Under the pieces are notes generated by a model. The model worked only from the letters and a program-made list of their open reading frames with translations, was not told the origin of the DNA and ran no database searches. A stretch of DNA of 63,628 bases, filler included, from Nanobdellota archaeon (GTDB lineage Archaea > Nanobdellota > Nanobdellia > B33-G15): the NCBI GenBank assembly GCA_003660925.1. It is 8 parts of 8 records of this genome, joined end to end, with 100 filler letters (N's around TTAATTAATTAA, not from the genome) between each part and the next. Parts side by side here need not be neighbours in the genome. Positions count along the whole stretch, not along the records: positions 1 to 8,509 come from QMVD01000027.1; positions 8,610 to 16,788 come from QMVD01000028.1; 6 more parts are not named here. The stretch is one strand, 5' to 3'. Positions within the stretch are counted from its first letter, which is position 1. Each line of letters begins with the position of its first letter. The translations under genes were made by a program, and so were the position numbers. Shown here in pieces: positions 1 through 13,900 of this stretch.

Positions 1-537
1 GAACATAAGTCAGGAGTGAAGATCATACCAGGTTCCCTCTCTCCTCACGACGTGGCGGGGATAGATGTGGCCCAGTTGAAGGACAACATCAAGAAGTTGG
101 TGGGTAAGGCGGATTACATCCTGTTGGACTCTGCCCCAGGTCTGGGAAGGGAAGCCATGGGTGCCATCATCTCCTCGGACGAGGTGTTGTTCATAACCAA
201 ACCCACCTTACCTTCTCTGATAGACATGCTGAGATTAAAGGAGATCGTGAAGTGGTTCAAGATAGACACCATAGGTTTAGTAGTTAACATGTACAAGAGG
301 GATTATAAGATGAAGATAGAAGACATCAAGAAGGCAGTAGACCTACCTATATTAACGGTCATACCCTATGATCCTCTGGTGATAAAGAGCTTCAAGCTCA
401 GCATCCCAGTGGTCCTGCTGAACCCAAAAGCTAAGTCTTCCAAGAGGTTCAGGGAGCTCGCTGCCTACCTGGAGCAAGAGGTCAAGGAAAAAGAAAACAT
501 AATTCAAAGGCTTCTGAACTTCTTCAGATTCAGGTGA
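1..537 (+). CDS. minD: MinD/ParA-family ATPase, 5'-truncated by window edge
   Basis: Frame open from base 1. Motifs DYILLDSAPGLG, GLVVN and IPYDPLV. C-terminal amphipathic helix NIIQRLLNFFRFR. Confidence 0.85.
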   Translation, partial: EHKSGVKIIPGSLSPHDVAGIDVAQLKDNIKKLVGKADYILLDSAPGLGREAMGAIISSDEVLFITKPTLPSLIDMLRLKEIVKWFKIDTIGLVVNMYKRDYKMKIEDIKKAVDLPILTVIPYDPLVIKSFKLSIPVVLLNPKAKSSKRFRELAAYLEQEVKEKENIIQRLLNFFRFR

Positions 538-577
538 AAAAATATAAAGAAGAACTACTTCTCCTAATTCGTAGGGA

Positions 578-3500
578 ATGAACGTGAAAAGGAGCTCACA
601 GTTATCCTTAAGTATAAACATAGTTCTCCTTTCCTTAGCCCTCACACTTTTCCTGAATCCCACCATAACCGGTTTCTTCGTCCTTAATAACACCGACATA
701 GAACTAGTTGAGTCTCTTCAAGAAGAGGTGGAGTTCTCGGCGAACCTCTCCTCCCTTAACCTCTCTTCTCAAGCCGTACAACTCGGTAAAAGTGTGGTCC
801 TCTCTTCCGAGATAGAGGCAAACCTCAACGTGACAAATGTGTCTTTCCTACTCATAAGCCCATTGGGGGAAACTATCGAGCTGTTTCCAGAGAAGGTTGG
901 GGAGAGGTATGAGGCTGTGCTCTATCCCGAAGAAGTGGGAGAATACAAGTGGCACAGGATATATGTCTATTCTGACGGACTCGGAAATGTGTTTTTCCCG
1001 AACATGACCTTTGGCGTCAGGAGGGAACCCGTGAACTTCTCGGTGGATTATTCCTATACCAATGAGGGCGGGAATTTCTCCCTCCTCGTGAACATCACAA
1101 GCCCGATAAATATATCTGACGTCATCGTTGGGCTCCTCGCCCCTTCGGACATCTGGATAGAAAATGCCTTCTTGAGAGCCAACTTCACCGCTAACCAGAG
1201 TCAGGGCTTCACGTGGAATTTCTCCTTGCCTTGCGGGTCATTTGAGTTCAAGTTGGTCCTGAAGGATGGGTTCGACCAGGAGGAGAAGATCTTAATAGAG
1301 AATCCTTGCCAAGAGGAGCTCTACCTGGAAAACATCTCAGAGATCCAGGGGAAGGCGGTGGTGGGGAGACCTGTTAAGTGGATAAAGAAAGTGGTGATCT
1401 ACAACAGAGGGAACGAGACCGAAAGGAACAAAAAAGTCCAGGTAAAGACGCCGGTGGGGATCAAGGAGGTCCTGATCCCAAAGATAGGGCCAGGAGAGAA
1501 GATAACCCTTAACATCACTTATGAGACGAGCCCACCTCAAAAGTACGAGGAAGTCATCATTCCTTTCTCCCCAGAGGGATTTATGAAGAGGTTGGTGGTC
1601 TACCATAATGACTCCATTCACTACACCAACGTCTTGGTGAACTCCTCCTATCCCGAGGAGCTCGATGGATGGATCCAGGTATGGTTGAAGGATGGGACTA
1701 AGATCTATGACCAACTTTGGGACATAAATGACCCGAGGTACAACATAACAGCGGTGGACACGGATGGAAACGGATTGAATGATACTTTAATCATCAACGT
1801 CCCTTACCTTTCCAGCGAGGAGTTCTACTTCGGCTCGAGCACTTGTAGGTACTCAGTGGACGATGTGGGCTTTTCCCTCTCCGGAGGAGCAGCGGGCACC
1901 ACGCAAACTTTTTACTGGGTCCCGGCTGAGACTTGTCCTGGAGGAACCTCTAACTGTAGGATGACCAACATCTCCGTCTACAGGAGATACGTGAACACAA
2001 AAACCCCTGTAGGAGACGCTGGGTATAAGATACAGAACCCACATAACACGACGTGGTACTACCCCACCTACAGAGAAACTGCCGTCCCATCCGCAGGGGA
2101 AATCTTGGGACCCGATTGGGTGTGCAACGAGACAGAGGGAACGTTACCTAGTGACTATGGGGGAGACACTTGCGCCATCGATGGATTGGGCTTCAACGTG
2201 ACGAACTACACAACTGTCATTATAGCGGGAAAGAACAACGTGGTGGACATCTTCAAGATAAACTACACTTGGTGTTATGTTTATCAAAAACCCAACCTAG
2301 CAGGAGGGAACGTCACCCCAACTACGGGAGGTTGGGGGGAGCTGTTCAACTTCTCAGTGAACGTGAGTGACCCACAAGGAGATGTGGTTAACGTCTCAGT
2401 CTTAATATTCAAGACCGGTTGGACGGAGTGGTATTACCTTAACTCCAGCGAGGTTAATACCTCCCAATACGGATGTACGGGCACGCCCAATTGTACAGTT
2501 TATATAATATATGGGGGATTTGAAAAGGGGAATATAAGCTCGTACGAGTACATGTTCAATGCCACGGATGATGATGGTTATGTCGAGAACCTCACGAGCA
2601 CTAGTTTTGTCTTTACGGTTGAGAAGGACGATGTCATAGTTTACAACGAGACCCCTGAACCTGATGCTGTCATAAATAGGAGCCAGACTACGGAGTTCGC
2701 GGCGAGGTATTACGATACAGATAGGGGCGCCTGGATAGACAACATCTTGGGAAGGATATGGATAACCACCACGGACGTCGCCACTTGGGACGATGGATAC
2801 CTGGGCACGACGAACTCTCTTGGCTACCTGAACAGGACCATGACGGGCAGCGATTGGTGTTCCGGGAACTACCCTCTTGGTGCCCACAAGTGGAAGGCGG
2901 GTGTAGATAGCTCGGAAGCTTATTACAAACTTTACAACACTAGTGCCCTCGATTTCACTTTAGTGGGAGACCTCGTGAACACTTATCTCTCACCAACAGG
3001 GGGAGCAAATTATGCCCAAGGGGACACAGTGGTCTTCCAAGGAAATGTGACGGACGACTGTGGGAATCCCGTTGAGGGAGCCAATGTCTACTTCGAGATA
3101 AATGGCACCGCAGGTGATTACAGGTGTCCTTCCTCTGGTTACGTGCAGAGTGGAACGGATGGAAGCGTGACCTGCAGTTGGGACTCGACAGGGGCGGCGG
3201 GTGGTTACTACAATGTGACCATGATAAGCTTGGGAACGAATTACAACGATGGATACGCCTTTGAGGAGAACGCCTTCAAGCTTACCGTCCCTCCTTCCCT
3301 CACGAATCCTAGGGTGAGCCCCTCCACAGGAGGGTGGTCCCTGAACCGAACGTTCGCCGTGAACGTCACCGACCCGGGAGACAACGTCACGGTGATGCTC
3401 TGGAAGAGCGACAGCGCTTCGGGGCCTTGGACTCAAGTGGGGCCCGCACTGTACTGTTATGATTGTAATGACCAGACCCTAGAGTGGAACGAATCCTACA

Positions 3501-6500
3501 CGTGTAGTGATAGGGGGACATGGTATTACAAGTTCAATGCCACGGACTTGGATGGGAACACTGACGAGACAGCAGTGAACTCCTTCATCATAGACAAGGA
3601 TAACATCCAGTTAATCTACGTCTCAGGGAATGGGACTGAAGCGACCAAAGAGACGCCAGCTCTTTTCGTCCTCTTAGCGAACGACACGGATGCGAATCAA
3701 GTTATCAGCGGGATCTCGGTTGAGTTCTACGTCACCACGGATCAGACGAACTATAGGTATGATGGGTATAACACTACAAACTCCTCTGGTTACGTCAGCT
3801 ACTACTTCTATGCTAGTTGTTACTATAACCCAGGACTGCAGTACTGGAAGGGAAAGGTCTCCTCCACCGAGCAATGTTATCAGAGCGGGTACAGCGATGA
3901 GTCCAACGTTACTTTAATAATTCAATGTCCTCAATTCAACGTCACCAGGGTTTACTCTCCAAAAGAAGTCTTCCAGTACGAACTCTTCGCTGTCAACGCC
4001 ACCATAAGGGTGGCAGATGGTAATGCCACGGGGACAAACGCGACCATTTTCACCGAAGGCTGGCAAGAACTTCCTTCTAAGGTGCTCTTCCTAGGAAATA
4101 TCACTTCTGATGTCGGCGAGGTCAATTACTCATACGCTGTTTGGGGCGTGAACGTGACCTCCCTCTTCCCATTCAACCACTTCTACTACATCAACGTGAG
4201 CGCCAACACGACCTCCCAAGGGGGACAGTTCTACGAGGACGAGAACAGGACCACAGTGACAGCCTATAGGCGTCACGATCTGGGATGTCCATATCAGGCG
4301 ACTTTAAGTAACGGGAGCGACGTGACCTCCCAAGTTTGTTCTCAAGATAACTCTCTTGCGGAAGTGAACGATTACATCGTATTGAAGTGGAAAGCTCCTG
4401 TCGGAGACGTGAGGTTGAGCGACCTCTCCTTCTGGGCCAACAGCACCGGAACGAGGGCCAAAGTGTCCTATTACAATGGCACTGATTGGGTTCCCTTCTT
4501 TAAATCCTACGAGATAACTACCTCTCTTAGTGAGAAGGAATGGAAACAATTGAGGGCGCTTAGCCCATCTGAAGGAGGCTACTTAGAGGTTAAGATAGAG
4601 AACGCTGGAAAGAGCCCCCTCCTCTTGGATTATGTAGAGATGCGTGTTTACTCCTTTGGGAAGGTCAGGATAAAGGACATCTTTACCGAGAAAAAGGGGC
4701 TAGAAGCGGACGAAAACTCCTTCAACCTCACGATCATCCTGTGGGAGGACGCTAACAAGACGCATTATGGAGTCCTCTGGGTCAACATAACGAACTCCTC
4801 TGGTTTCAACGTTTATTCCAACCACACGAACATCTCCATCCCTCCGAACTCCTCCGTGAACTATACCTTCTACGAGATAAACACCTCAGGTTGGGGAGCT
4901 GGCAGGTATTACATCCGAGCGGATTTGTTTGTGGATAAGATAGAGTATGGGGGGAAGAACACAACCGTGAGCCAGAACGATACGAGAACGGAACCGTTCA
5001 TCTTCGAGAACCCTTCCTACTTCATGCGATATGAGAAATACATGTGTCTCAATACTCAACAACAATTAAACTTCACTCTTTACCACCCATACTTAGATAG
5101 TATCACTTACAACGTCAGCTTAGAGTTACCTCCTGGATGGAGTGCCCAACCAGCCTACCAAGAAATAAGCGCACAGGAGACCGGCAATTACTCCGTCCTG
5201 TTCAACCTTACCTCTTCGGGGACGTCGGAGACCGTGACGATAAACGTGACGGTCAACTACACTTACACTACCTCAAACCTTGACAAGACAAACTTCACGG
5301 TGGAAAATGGTGTCTCCATCCCCATCTTGGAGGTGATGAGGGAGGCACCGAAGGCCATTGCTCCAGATACGCTCTTCCATTCGAGATTGATCCTGAAGAA
5401 CAAAGGGTGTGCTGACCTCTCAGGGTTGAATTTCATGGAAAGGCTCTCCTCGGGTTGGACCCCTAGCAACCCAAACCTCGGGGGGAGCGTTGACTTGATC
5501 TCGAACACCATAACCTGGGAGAACCTCAACGTAACCCAAGGAGGATACATCGTCCTGAAATACGACGTGAAATCCCACCCCTCCCTTGGACAAATAGGTT
5601 ATCTTCACTGGAATGCCACGTGGGGGAGCAGGAATGAAAGTGAGTACTCAGGATTCACCATGAGAACAGCGGATTATAGTTCTGAGAGCCACTTAGAGTT
5701 TGAGTTCGTGATCCCTTCCTCCTGGGAGGAGCGTTCCATCCAACCGAATCAGAGTTACGACGTGGACCTAAAGGTGACTAACATAGGGGACTCTTCAATT
5801 TCTCAAAACGAGTGGAACGTTAGTGTGATAGTCCCGTCGGTCTGTAACGTCACTTACACGGACGGGTCTTGGAACGAGTCCTCTCACACCATAACTTGGC
5901 AACTCCCCTCCGTGGCGGTCTACGAGGAAGTCATCTTGAACTTCACCCTCAACTGTACCGAAAATGGCTACTACACTTTTGATGTGTTCGGCGTGAGGAA
6001 CACCACGGGATACGTGAGTTACTCTGATGACGTCTCCTACGCCTGTTACGGAGAAGAATGTTCCCTTTCGACCCCTCACAGCTTCCAGAACCAAAACAAG
6101 CCCTATCAGAGATTATGTGACCTCAAAATTTTTGGAGTGGTCAATACCACGGGCCTCAACGTCTCCTTATCCGAATTCAACGTGAGCGTAAATGATGACG
6201 AAGGAAAAAGCTATCCTTTACTCGCTAATCATACCTTCAGCGCTTTCAACGACTTCTTCTCTAGCAAGTACTACTTTGGGGAGGAACAATGGGATTTCAT
6301 GAACACCCAGAGGAACATCTCCATCTACGCGCATGCTGATGCCACCTTGTATCCCAACATCACCTTGAACCTCACTCAGATTAATTACACCTGGATCTAT
6401 GGAAAGGTCTTCAACGAGAGCCAACCACAGCTCATAAGGGTCACCCCGCACCTCTTCCCTCCCAACCTGGCCAACGCGAACGTGACGCCCTCTGTTGGAG

Positions 6501-8509
6501 GCTGGGGAGAACTGTTCAACTTCACCGCCGAGGTCTGGGACCAAAACGGGAGAGAGGTGAACGTGAGCCTGTGGTACAAGCACACCATCGCGGACGATTG
6601 GGTCTTCCTGAATCAAACAAACGTGAGCGGGTGCACCCCATCCTCTCACTGTCTAGTGAGCCTGACTTACAAGAACTTCACCAAGAGCGATATAGACCCC
6701 GACGTCTTCTACATGTTCAATGCGAGCAATGAAGATGGAACCTCTGAGATATATGATTACAGCGTGAACTATTTTGAAATAGAAAAGGATGATGTAAGCG
6801 TCTTCGCCGAAAGTCCGGCTCCGGGAGACACAGTGAGGAGGAGTCAGACGACCAGGTTCATAGGAAGGGTTTATGACACCGACAAAGGAGAGTATCCGGA
6901 GAACGCTAAGGGAAGGTTCCTCTTTAGGTCTCCAACGGCAGCAGACTACAGTTATTACCCGGACACTTACTCCCTCTCTTCTAACTCCACGGGTCACTGG
7001 TGGGTGGACTTGGACGATACCTTCTGGACCTGTTCGGAGGATCAGTTGGGTCTGTGGTACTGGAAGGTGGGAACCTATGGTCCGGATGAACAATACTACA
7101 AGGAGAACGTGACCTCTCCTCAGTCCTTCTACTTGAAGGGAGACCTGATCAACAAAATCCTCCAACCCCTGAACCAGAACTTCACTAGGGGCTCCACCAT
7201 AACTTTCGTGGGAAACGTCAGCAACGATTGCGGGGTTGAGATAACTTCTGGAGCGACTGTGAAGTTCATCATGACTCACGGTCCTGAGTCCTACTCTTGT
7301 ACTGCCTCTTACTCTGGTGGCTGGACGTGCAGCCTGGACACGAACTCTTCCTTTTCCTTGGGATGGTGGAATGTCACCATGAACTCGTCTATGAACAACT
7401 ACGTGGATGGCACGAACCTGAGCGTGGATCACCTCTTCCTCGCGAGTACTCCTCAGCTGGAAGCCCCATCGGTGGTTCCGAACCCAGGAGGATGGGGGGA
7501 GAGCCCCTTCAACTTCACAGTCAACGTCACTAACGTGGACAACACCACGACCACCATTTACCTATGGCTCTACAATGGCTCTTGGTTCTTGTATGACACG
7601 GACAGTTGTACTTACTGCGATGACTACCAAGTCTTCATGCAGAAGAACTTCACCAAGGAAGAGATAGGCGTTTGGCAGTTCAAGTTCAACGCCACATCCA
7701 TTTCAGGAGCCATCAACGATTCCCTCACCCCTACTTCTTTCACTGTCGAGAGGGATGACATACAGATAGAGTATGGGAGTGGGAACAATTCAGAGGTAAA
7801 GAGGAACCAAGACTACACCATACTCTCTGTCAGAGTGTTTGACCTAGATGAGGGAGACTACATCAACACGAGCTACCTCGACAATGCCACCGAGGTGTTC
7901 ACCTATGTTTGGAACGGGAGCTTTTGGAGGGAAGAGCTTGAGTCTTACAACACCACTCACTACTACTTGAACTTCACCCCAAATTGTTCTTACGAGGCAG
8001 GGAAGCAGAAATGGAGGATGAACGTGACTTATGCTCAATACTTCAAGAACGCGACTAGCGAGGACTTCTACATCGTGATCAAGGGGGAGCTGAACAACAC
8101 CTACTTATCCCCAATAAACCAGAGCTTCGTGGTTGGGACCCTCATAGCACTCAAGGGAGAGGTATATGATGAGTGTGGCATGCCCATTTCCGGCGCCAGC
8201 GTCAGGTTCGAATTGAAGAGCGGTAGCTTCACGGATTACTGTCCATCCTCTGGCTGGGTCACCAACACTTCCGGCAACCTCTACGTCTGTCAATGGGACT
8301 CCTCCTCAGCCATTGGAGGGGTTTATAATGTTACCGTGTACTCCAACAAGACGTATTTCGACAACGGGACTACCACCTATCCCTACGCCTTCAACCTCAC
8401 TAAGGTCCCAGAACTGAAATACGCGGATGTCACCCCAGACTCAGGAGGCTGGTCCAGGACCTTCAACTTTACGGTGAAGGTCACGGATCCGGGAGACAAC
8501 GTCACTGTA
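578..8509 (+). CDS. Giant (>2640 aa) secreted/membrane-anchored surface glycoprotein with repeated beta-rich (Ig-like) modules; 3'-truncated
   Basis: N-terminal hydrophobic segment, very dense N-x-S/T sequons, paired Cys, and five copies of a PxLxxxxVxPxxGGW module. Runs into the linker. Confidence 0.85.
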
Positions 8510-8609
8510 NNNNNNNNNNNNNNNNNNNNNNNNNNNNNNNNNNNNNNNNNNNNTTAATTAATTAANNNNNNNNNNNNNNNNNNNNNNNNNNNNNNNNNNN
8601 NNNNNNNNN
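8510..8609. other. Artificial contig linker (also at 16789-16888, 25039-25138, 33287-33386, 41458-41557, 49613-49712, 57542-57641)
   Basis: Identical 100-nt N-padded TTAATTAATTAA six-frame stop. Genes are cut at each linker and the contigs fall in decreasing length order. Confidence 0.98.
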
Positions 8610-10391
8610 CTCTGGGTCCAGCCCAACCTGCCTTAAGTAATACCTCACGAGGGAGATGGCCCTCTTGGCATCGTCCACCTTCACCTTGTCCCTTAGTAGC
8701 AATCTCGCGCTCGCCTCACTCAGCCTTATAATAGCTTCTAACTGCCTCGGTGATATGGGGATGGGTCTTATTCCCTCCTCTTCCATTCCTCTCTTGTTCC
8801 TCAAGTTCACGTAAAACTCTTTGATCTCCTTCATGGCTTGTTGGGTCAACATGGGCTTACAATGCTTCTTAGCATACGCTATGTATTTCCTCATCAACTC
8901 CACATCTATCACTGGCTTCCTCTTTTCAGGGAACATGGTGGTCTCCAACACATAACTAGCTATCTTCTCATCCGTCTCTCTTGCTGGTAAGTCCCTTATG
9001 GTGAATATAAGGTCAAATCTGTTTATCAGGGTGGGGGGGAGGTCTATTTGTTCCGCGATGGTGGAATAAGGGTTGAACCTTCCCAGCTTGGGGTTGGCAG
9101 CAGCCAGGACGGAAGTCTCCGCCCTCAGGGTCGCTTGAATGTTCGCTTTACTTATGCTTATGGTCTGCTGCTCTAATGCTTCATGCATCGCCACCCTGTC
9201 GTCCTTGTTCATCTTGTCTATCTCGTCTATACAACATATCCCTCCACTAGAGAGAACAAGCGCACCTGCCTCCAGAGCCCATCCCCTCAAGAACTCGTCC
9301 TTGACCACAGTTGCGGTCAACCCCGCACCAGTAGCTCCCTTCCCGGAGACATACCTCGCTTTCGGGGCGGTGGCCGCCACGTACTTCAAGATCTGGGACT
9401 TAGCCACTCCAGGGTCTCCTACCAAGAGGATGTGGATGTCCCCCCTCACTACCGTCTTATCAGGCCTCTTCTTCTTGACCCCTGAGAACATCTGGTAAAC
9501 GATCGCTTCCTTTATCTTTTCATATCCCCAAATGGTGGGGGCAATGGAGTCCACAAACATCCTTATGAGCTTCCTCGGGTTCTTCTTCCCTATCTCAGCC
9601 AATTCCCTTATCTTCTTCACGTCCTCCTCATCTATCTCCAGTTCCTCGTACTCTTTTTCCAAGAACTCCACATTATTGGCTTCTACTATAAGGTCGAAGT
9701 GAGTGGACTTACTTCCCCCCCTTAAGTATATGGGGACTTCCTTCACGATGCCTACGACCCTCACCTTAGATCCAGGGGCTGTCTTTCTCACGATGGTGGG
9801 GTCCACCAAGTCCCCTTGAAGGAAGACGGAGATGCGCTTTGGCTGTTCTCCTCCCTCCAACAGTTCAGGGATCTCTTCTAACACTATCCTTTGGGTGTCC
9901 ACCATTCGCTTGTCCGCCACGTCAAACCTTCCAGTCCTCCCGCAGTTGGGACACCTGCTGGGCTTTTTTATTAACTTCCCAGTTTGCCTCACCTCAATCA
10001 TGTACCCGCAACTCGGACACTGATACACTATGATGGCTGCTACGGGCCTCACATCACTGGCCAATCTCACCACACCATCAAGATAAACTAATTTTCCTAT
10101 ATGTTTACTCCTTATGTCCTTGACCATGAGGAAGCGCGTTTCCGGGAGGTTAGTTACCCTAGGAACTATGTCATAATCGGGTTCAATTTCCTTCAGGACT
10201 TTCCTCAAAGCTTCTAGGACGGTTTCAGGATCGTCCAATAATTTGTCCCCGAGCTCTGGGTTGAATCTGTCAAGATCCTGGAAGTCTATGATCAAGGCTT
10301 TTTTTCCCCTTTCCACGACCTTCAAGAGTTCATCATAGTACTCCCTCTCCACGAACCTCTTCAACTCCTCGAACATCTCCTCCTCCATCAT
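8610..10391 (-). CDS. mcm: MCM replicative helicase, 3'-truncated
   Basis: Zn finger CPSC/CPNC, Walker A GDPGVAKS, IDEIDKM, AAANP, and arginine-finger region LINRFDL. Confidence 0.97.
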
Positions 10392-10933
10392 TTTTTCATG
10401 ATCTTCTTCAAGGTTTTAACCAAATCATCTATCGCCCTCTTGATCTCCCTCTTGTTCTTGGCTCCCGTACAGACTATTTTCCCGGTTCCGAACAACAGGA
10501 AAGTGATGTGGGAATCTGGCACCTTGTAGACCAATCCAGGGAATTGTTCTGGCTCGTACTCCGCTGTCTTGAGTTTGAAGGCCAAGTCCACCAAATTAAG
10601 CTTTTCGCCTATGTTTCCGCTAGCCACCACGTTTTGAACTTCTATGTCAGGCTTCCTGGTGAATTTTATGCCTACCTTCCTCAATTCCCTCATCACGAGC
10701 TTGACCGCTCTTTCCACGTCATCCTCGCTCTTCGTGCCCGTGCACACTATTTTCCCGGTGCTGAACACGAGGGCAGTTATCCCTTCTTTTTCCAACTTTA
10801 GGACCAACCCGGGGAATTGTTCCGGAGTATACTCCGTGTTTGGGAGCTTCCTGGAGACTTTTTCCAAGGGCACGTTCACGTGCAGGTCAGCACTCGCCAC
10901 CACGTTTTCTATCTTGTATTCTTTCTTGAACAT
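10388..10933 (-). CDS. tbp: TATA-box binding protein
   Basis: Two repeats of NVVAS...Y.PEQFPGLV...TGKIVCTG. Confidence 0.98.
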   Translation of the reverse strand: MFKKEYKIENVVASADLHVNVPLEKVSRKLPNTEYTPEQFPGLVLKLEKEGITALVFSTGKIVCTGTKSEDDVERAVKLVMRELRKVGIKFTRKPDIEVQNVVASGNIGEKLNLVDLAFKLKTAEYEPEQFPGLVYKVPDSHITFLLFGTGKIVCTGAKNKREIKRAIDDLVKTLKKIMKK

Positions 10934-10995
10934 GAGTCTCACCACTATTTATAAAGGAAGAAAAGTATTTAAGCTTTCAAAGGAAGCAGGCGAAA

Positions 10996-13900
10996 TCAAG
11001 GGGTTAAGAGGGTTATCTTCACCTTCTTATCTCCTATCACATACCCCCTCTCTCCCTCTCCGAACTCCAATCTGGAATTGGTCTTCTCTTCTATCTCCCC
11101 CCTATGTTTCTCTACCATCCTCTTCAATTCCAAGTCGCAAGATAATCTGACCACGCAGAAATCCCCTCTTTCCAACTTATGCTCCTTCCTGAGTTGTTGT
11201 ATCCTCCTCACGAGCTCTCTCACGTAGCCCTCTTCCTTTAACCTCTCATCCAGGGAGAAGTCCACGTACATGACCCTCTCCCCTACCTCAACCGCCACGA
11301 GCCTAGGAGGTGTCTTTATCTCGAACTCAAAATCCCTGTGAACGAGTTCGTACACCTCTCCGTCTATTTCAAGGGGGAACTTCCCGTCCTTGTCCAACTT
11401 ATTCCTTATGGATTTTCCATCCGCCCCTATGAGTTTTGAGATTATGGTGGGGACTACCTTGTCCCCAAACCTCTTCAGGCTCTCGTAGTTGAACTTGAAG
11501 TCTATTCCCACCTCCTCTGGATGCGAGAATATGACCTCTACGTCTTTCACGTTGGCCACTTCTTTCACTATCTCCTCATGGGGGACTCCCTTCCCCACCA
11601 GCATGACCCTCCTCAAGGGCCACCTTATCCCAACCCCCGCTTGGTCCCTTGCCCTCAAGATCGCTCCCACAACTTCTCTCACTTCCTCCATCTCCTCCTC
11701 CACTTTCTCGTCTATGAGCCTCCCGTCGGGCTTGGGCCAAGATTGGAGGTGGACGCTTTCCCCGAACATCTTCCTGTATATCTCGTCGGTCACGAAGGGG
11801 GTTATGGGAGCCATTAGCCTCAGCAGCACCTCATAGACATAGGCCAAGTTGCCCAAAACCACTTCCGCCTCTTTCCTTCCCTTATTGAACAACCTGTTCC
11901 TCACAAGTTTCACGTACCACTTACTCAAATCGGAAATGAACTCCGTCAAGAGCTTCCCTGGCTCGCTCAGGAGATAGGATTGGAACAACTTGGTCACTTC
12001 TTTCGTTAAGGAGTTGATCCTGGAGATCGCCCACTTGTCCTCAAACCTCTCAGTGTTAACCTTAGGCTTCACCTTTATCTTATGTAACTTGGCAGCATTC
12101 TTCATCAAGAACTGGAGGTTCCACAACATGTTTAAAGTCTTATATCCCTCCCTCAACGTCTTTTCATTATATCTCACGTCCACCCCTGGATTCGATGTGC
12201 TCATCATGGTTATCCTGAACACGTCCGCACCGAATTTCTTCAGGATCTCGGGAACAGGGACGTAGTTCCCCTTCCTCTTGCTCATGTCTTCCCCTTTCTC
12301 GTCAAGCATGTAGCCGTGCATGTAAACTGCCTTGTATGGGCACTTCCCGAAGAGCATGGTGTTCATGGCCATCAGGGAGTAGAACCATCCCCTTATCTGA
12401 TCGTGAGATTCTATGATCAGGTCAGCCGGATAAAGCCTCTTAAATGGTTCTTCTTTCTTCGGGTAGGAAAGGCTGGCGAAGGGGACGCAGGCGGAGTCTA
12501 TCCAAACATCCACCACGTCCGGGCTCCTCCTGAAGGTCCCCCCACACTCGCATTTCCAAGTGACTTGATCTATGTGGGGTTTGTGTAGGTCCTTTGGCTT
12601 TTTCTTCAATTCCTTTGCGCTCCCTATCACCACGAACTTACCGCACTTATCGCACGTCCAGACTGGGAAAGGAATCCCCCAATACCTCTGTCTGGTGATG
12701 CACCAATCCTTTATGCTCTCGAGCCAGTTGGCGAACCTCCTTTCCCCGGCCCACTCGGGGACCCACTTCACCTTCTTGTTCTCTTTTAACATTTTCTCCT
12801 TGAGTTTCGTCGCTCCTATGAACCATTGGTCCGTTGCCCTGAAGATGACAGGAGTCTTGCACCTCTCACACACGGGATAATCGTGTTCTATCTCCTCCTT
12901 CTTCACTAGCAGACCCTTCCTCTCCAAGAGCTCTACTATCCTCCAATCATCTTTCCTGGCCACGAAACCACTTAGAGGCCCCACATCCCTCAAGACCCCA
13001 AATTCATCCACAGTATTGAAGGGCGGGAGCCCATATCTCTGTCCCACTTCGAAGTCCTCTGGACCACATCCAGGAGCGGAATGAACGAGCCCTGAACCTG
13101 TCTTCACGTCCACGTATTCCTCGCTCAAGATCACCTTGAAAGCCCACTCCTCCTTCATCTCTTGGAGCTTTTGGATCTCGGTTATGAAGGGGTGCCAGTA
13201 AGCCAAACCCTCTATGTCCTTCCCCTTGAATTCCTCTAGGATCTCGTAGTTCTTCTCTGGTAGGAGGTGGTCCAACCCTTCTTTGGCTAAGATCCACACC
13301 TCCCCATTCGTCCTTACCCTGACGTAATCCTCCTTGGGGTGGGCCATCACAGCGAGGTTGTAGGGGATAGTCCAGGGGGTAGTAGTCCATATGATCAAGT
13401 ACTCATTGTCCTTTCCCTTGAGGGGGAACTTCACATAGATGGAGCTCTCCCTCAACTTTTTGTAGACGATCTCATAGTTCTGAGCTAGGGCCGTGGAACA
13501 CCTGGGGCACCAGTGCAGGACCCTTTTCCCCTTGTACAACAACTTCTTTTTCCAAGCCTCTTTTAGGGCCCACCAGACCGATTCTATGTAATCGTTATTT
13601 AAGGTCAGGTAGGGTTTCTCCCAAGTAGCCCACTCTCCCAACCTCTCAAATATCTTAGACATCACCTTCACGTTGTGTTCCGCCAATTTCCTACATTCCC
13701 TTATGAACCTCTCCTCCCCGAATCGCTTGATGTCCTCTTTATTCTTCAGCCCGAACTTCTTCTCCACAGTGGTCTCGATTGGCAAGCCGTGACAGTCAAA
13801 TCCAGGCTGATCCCACACGTCATAGCCGTTCATCCAGTAGAACCTCCTCACCATGTCCTTGTGAACTCTATTCCAGGCGGTCCCAGGGTGAGGATCCCCG

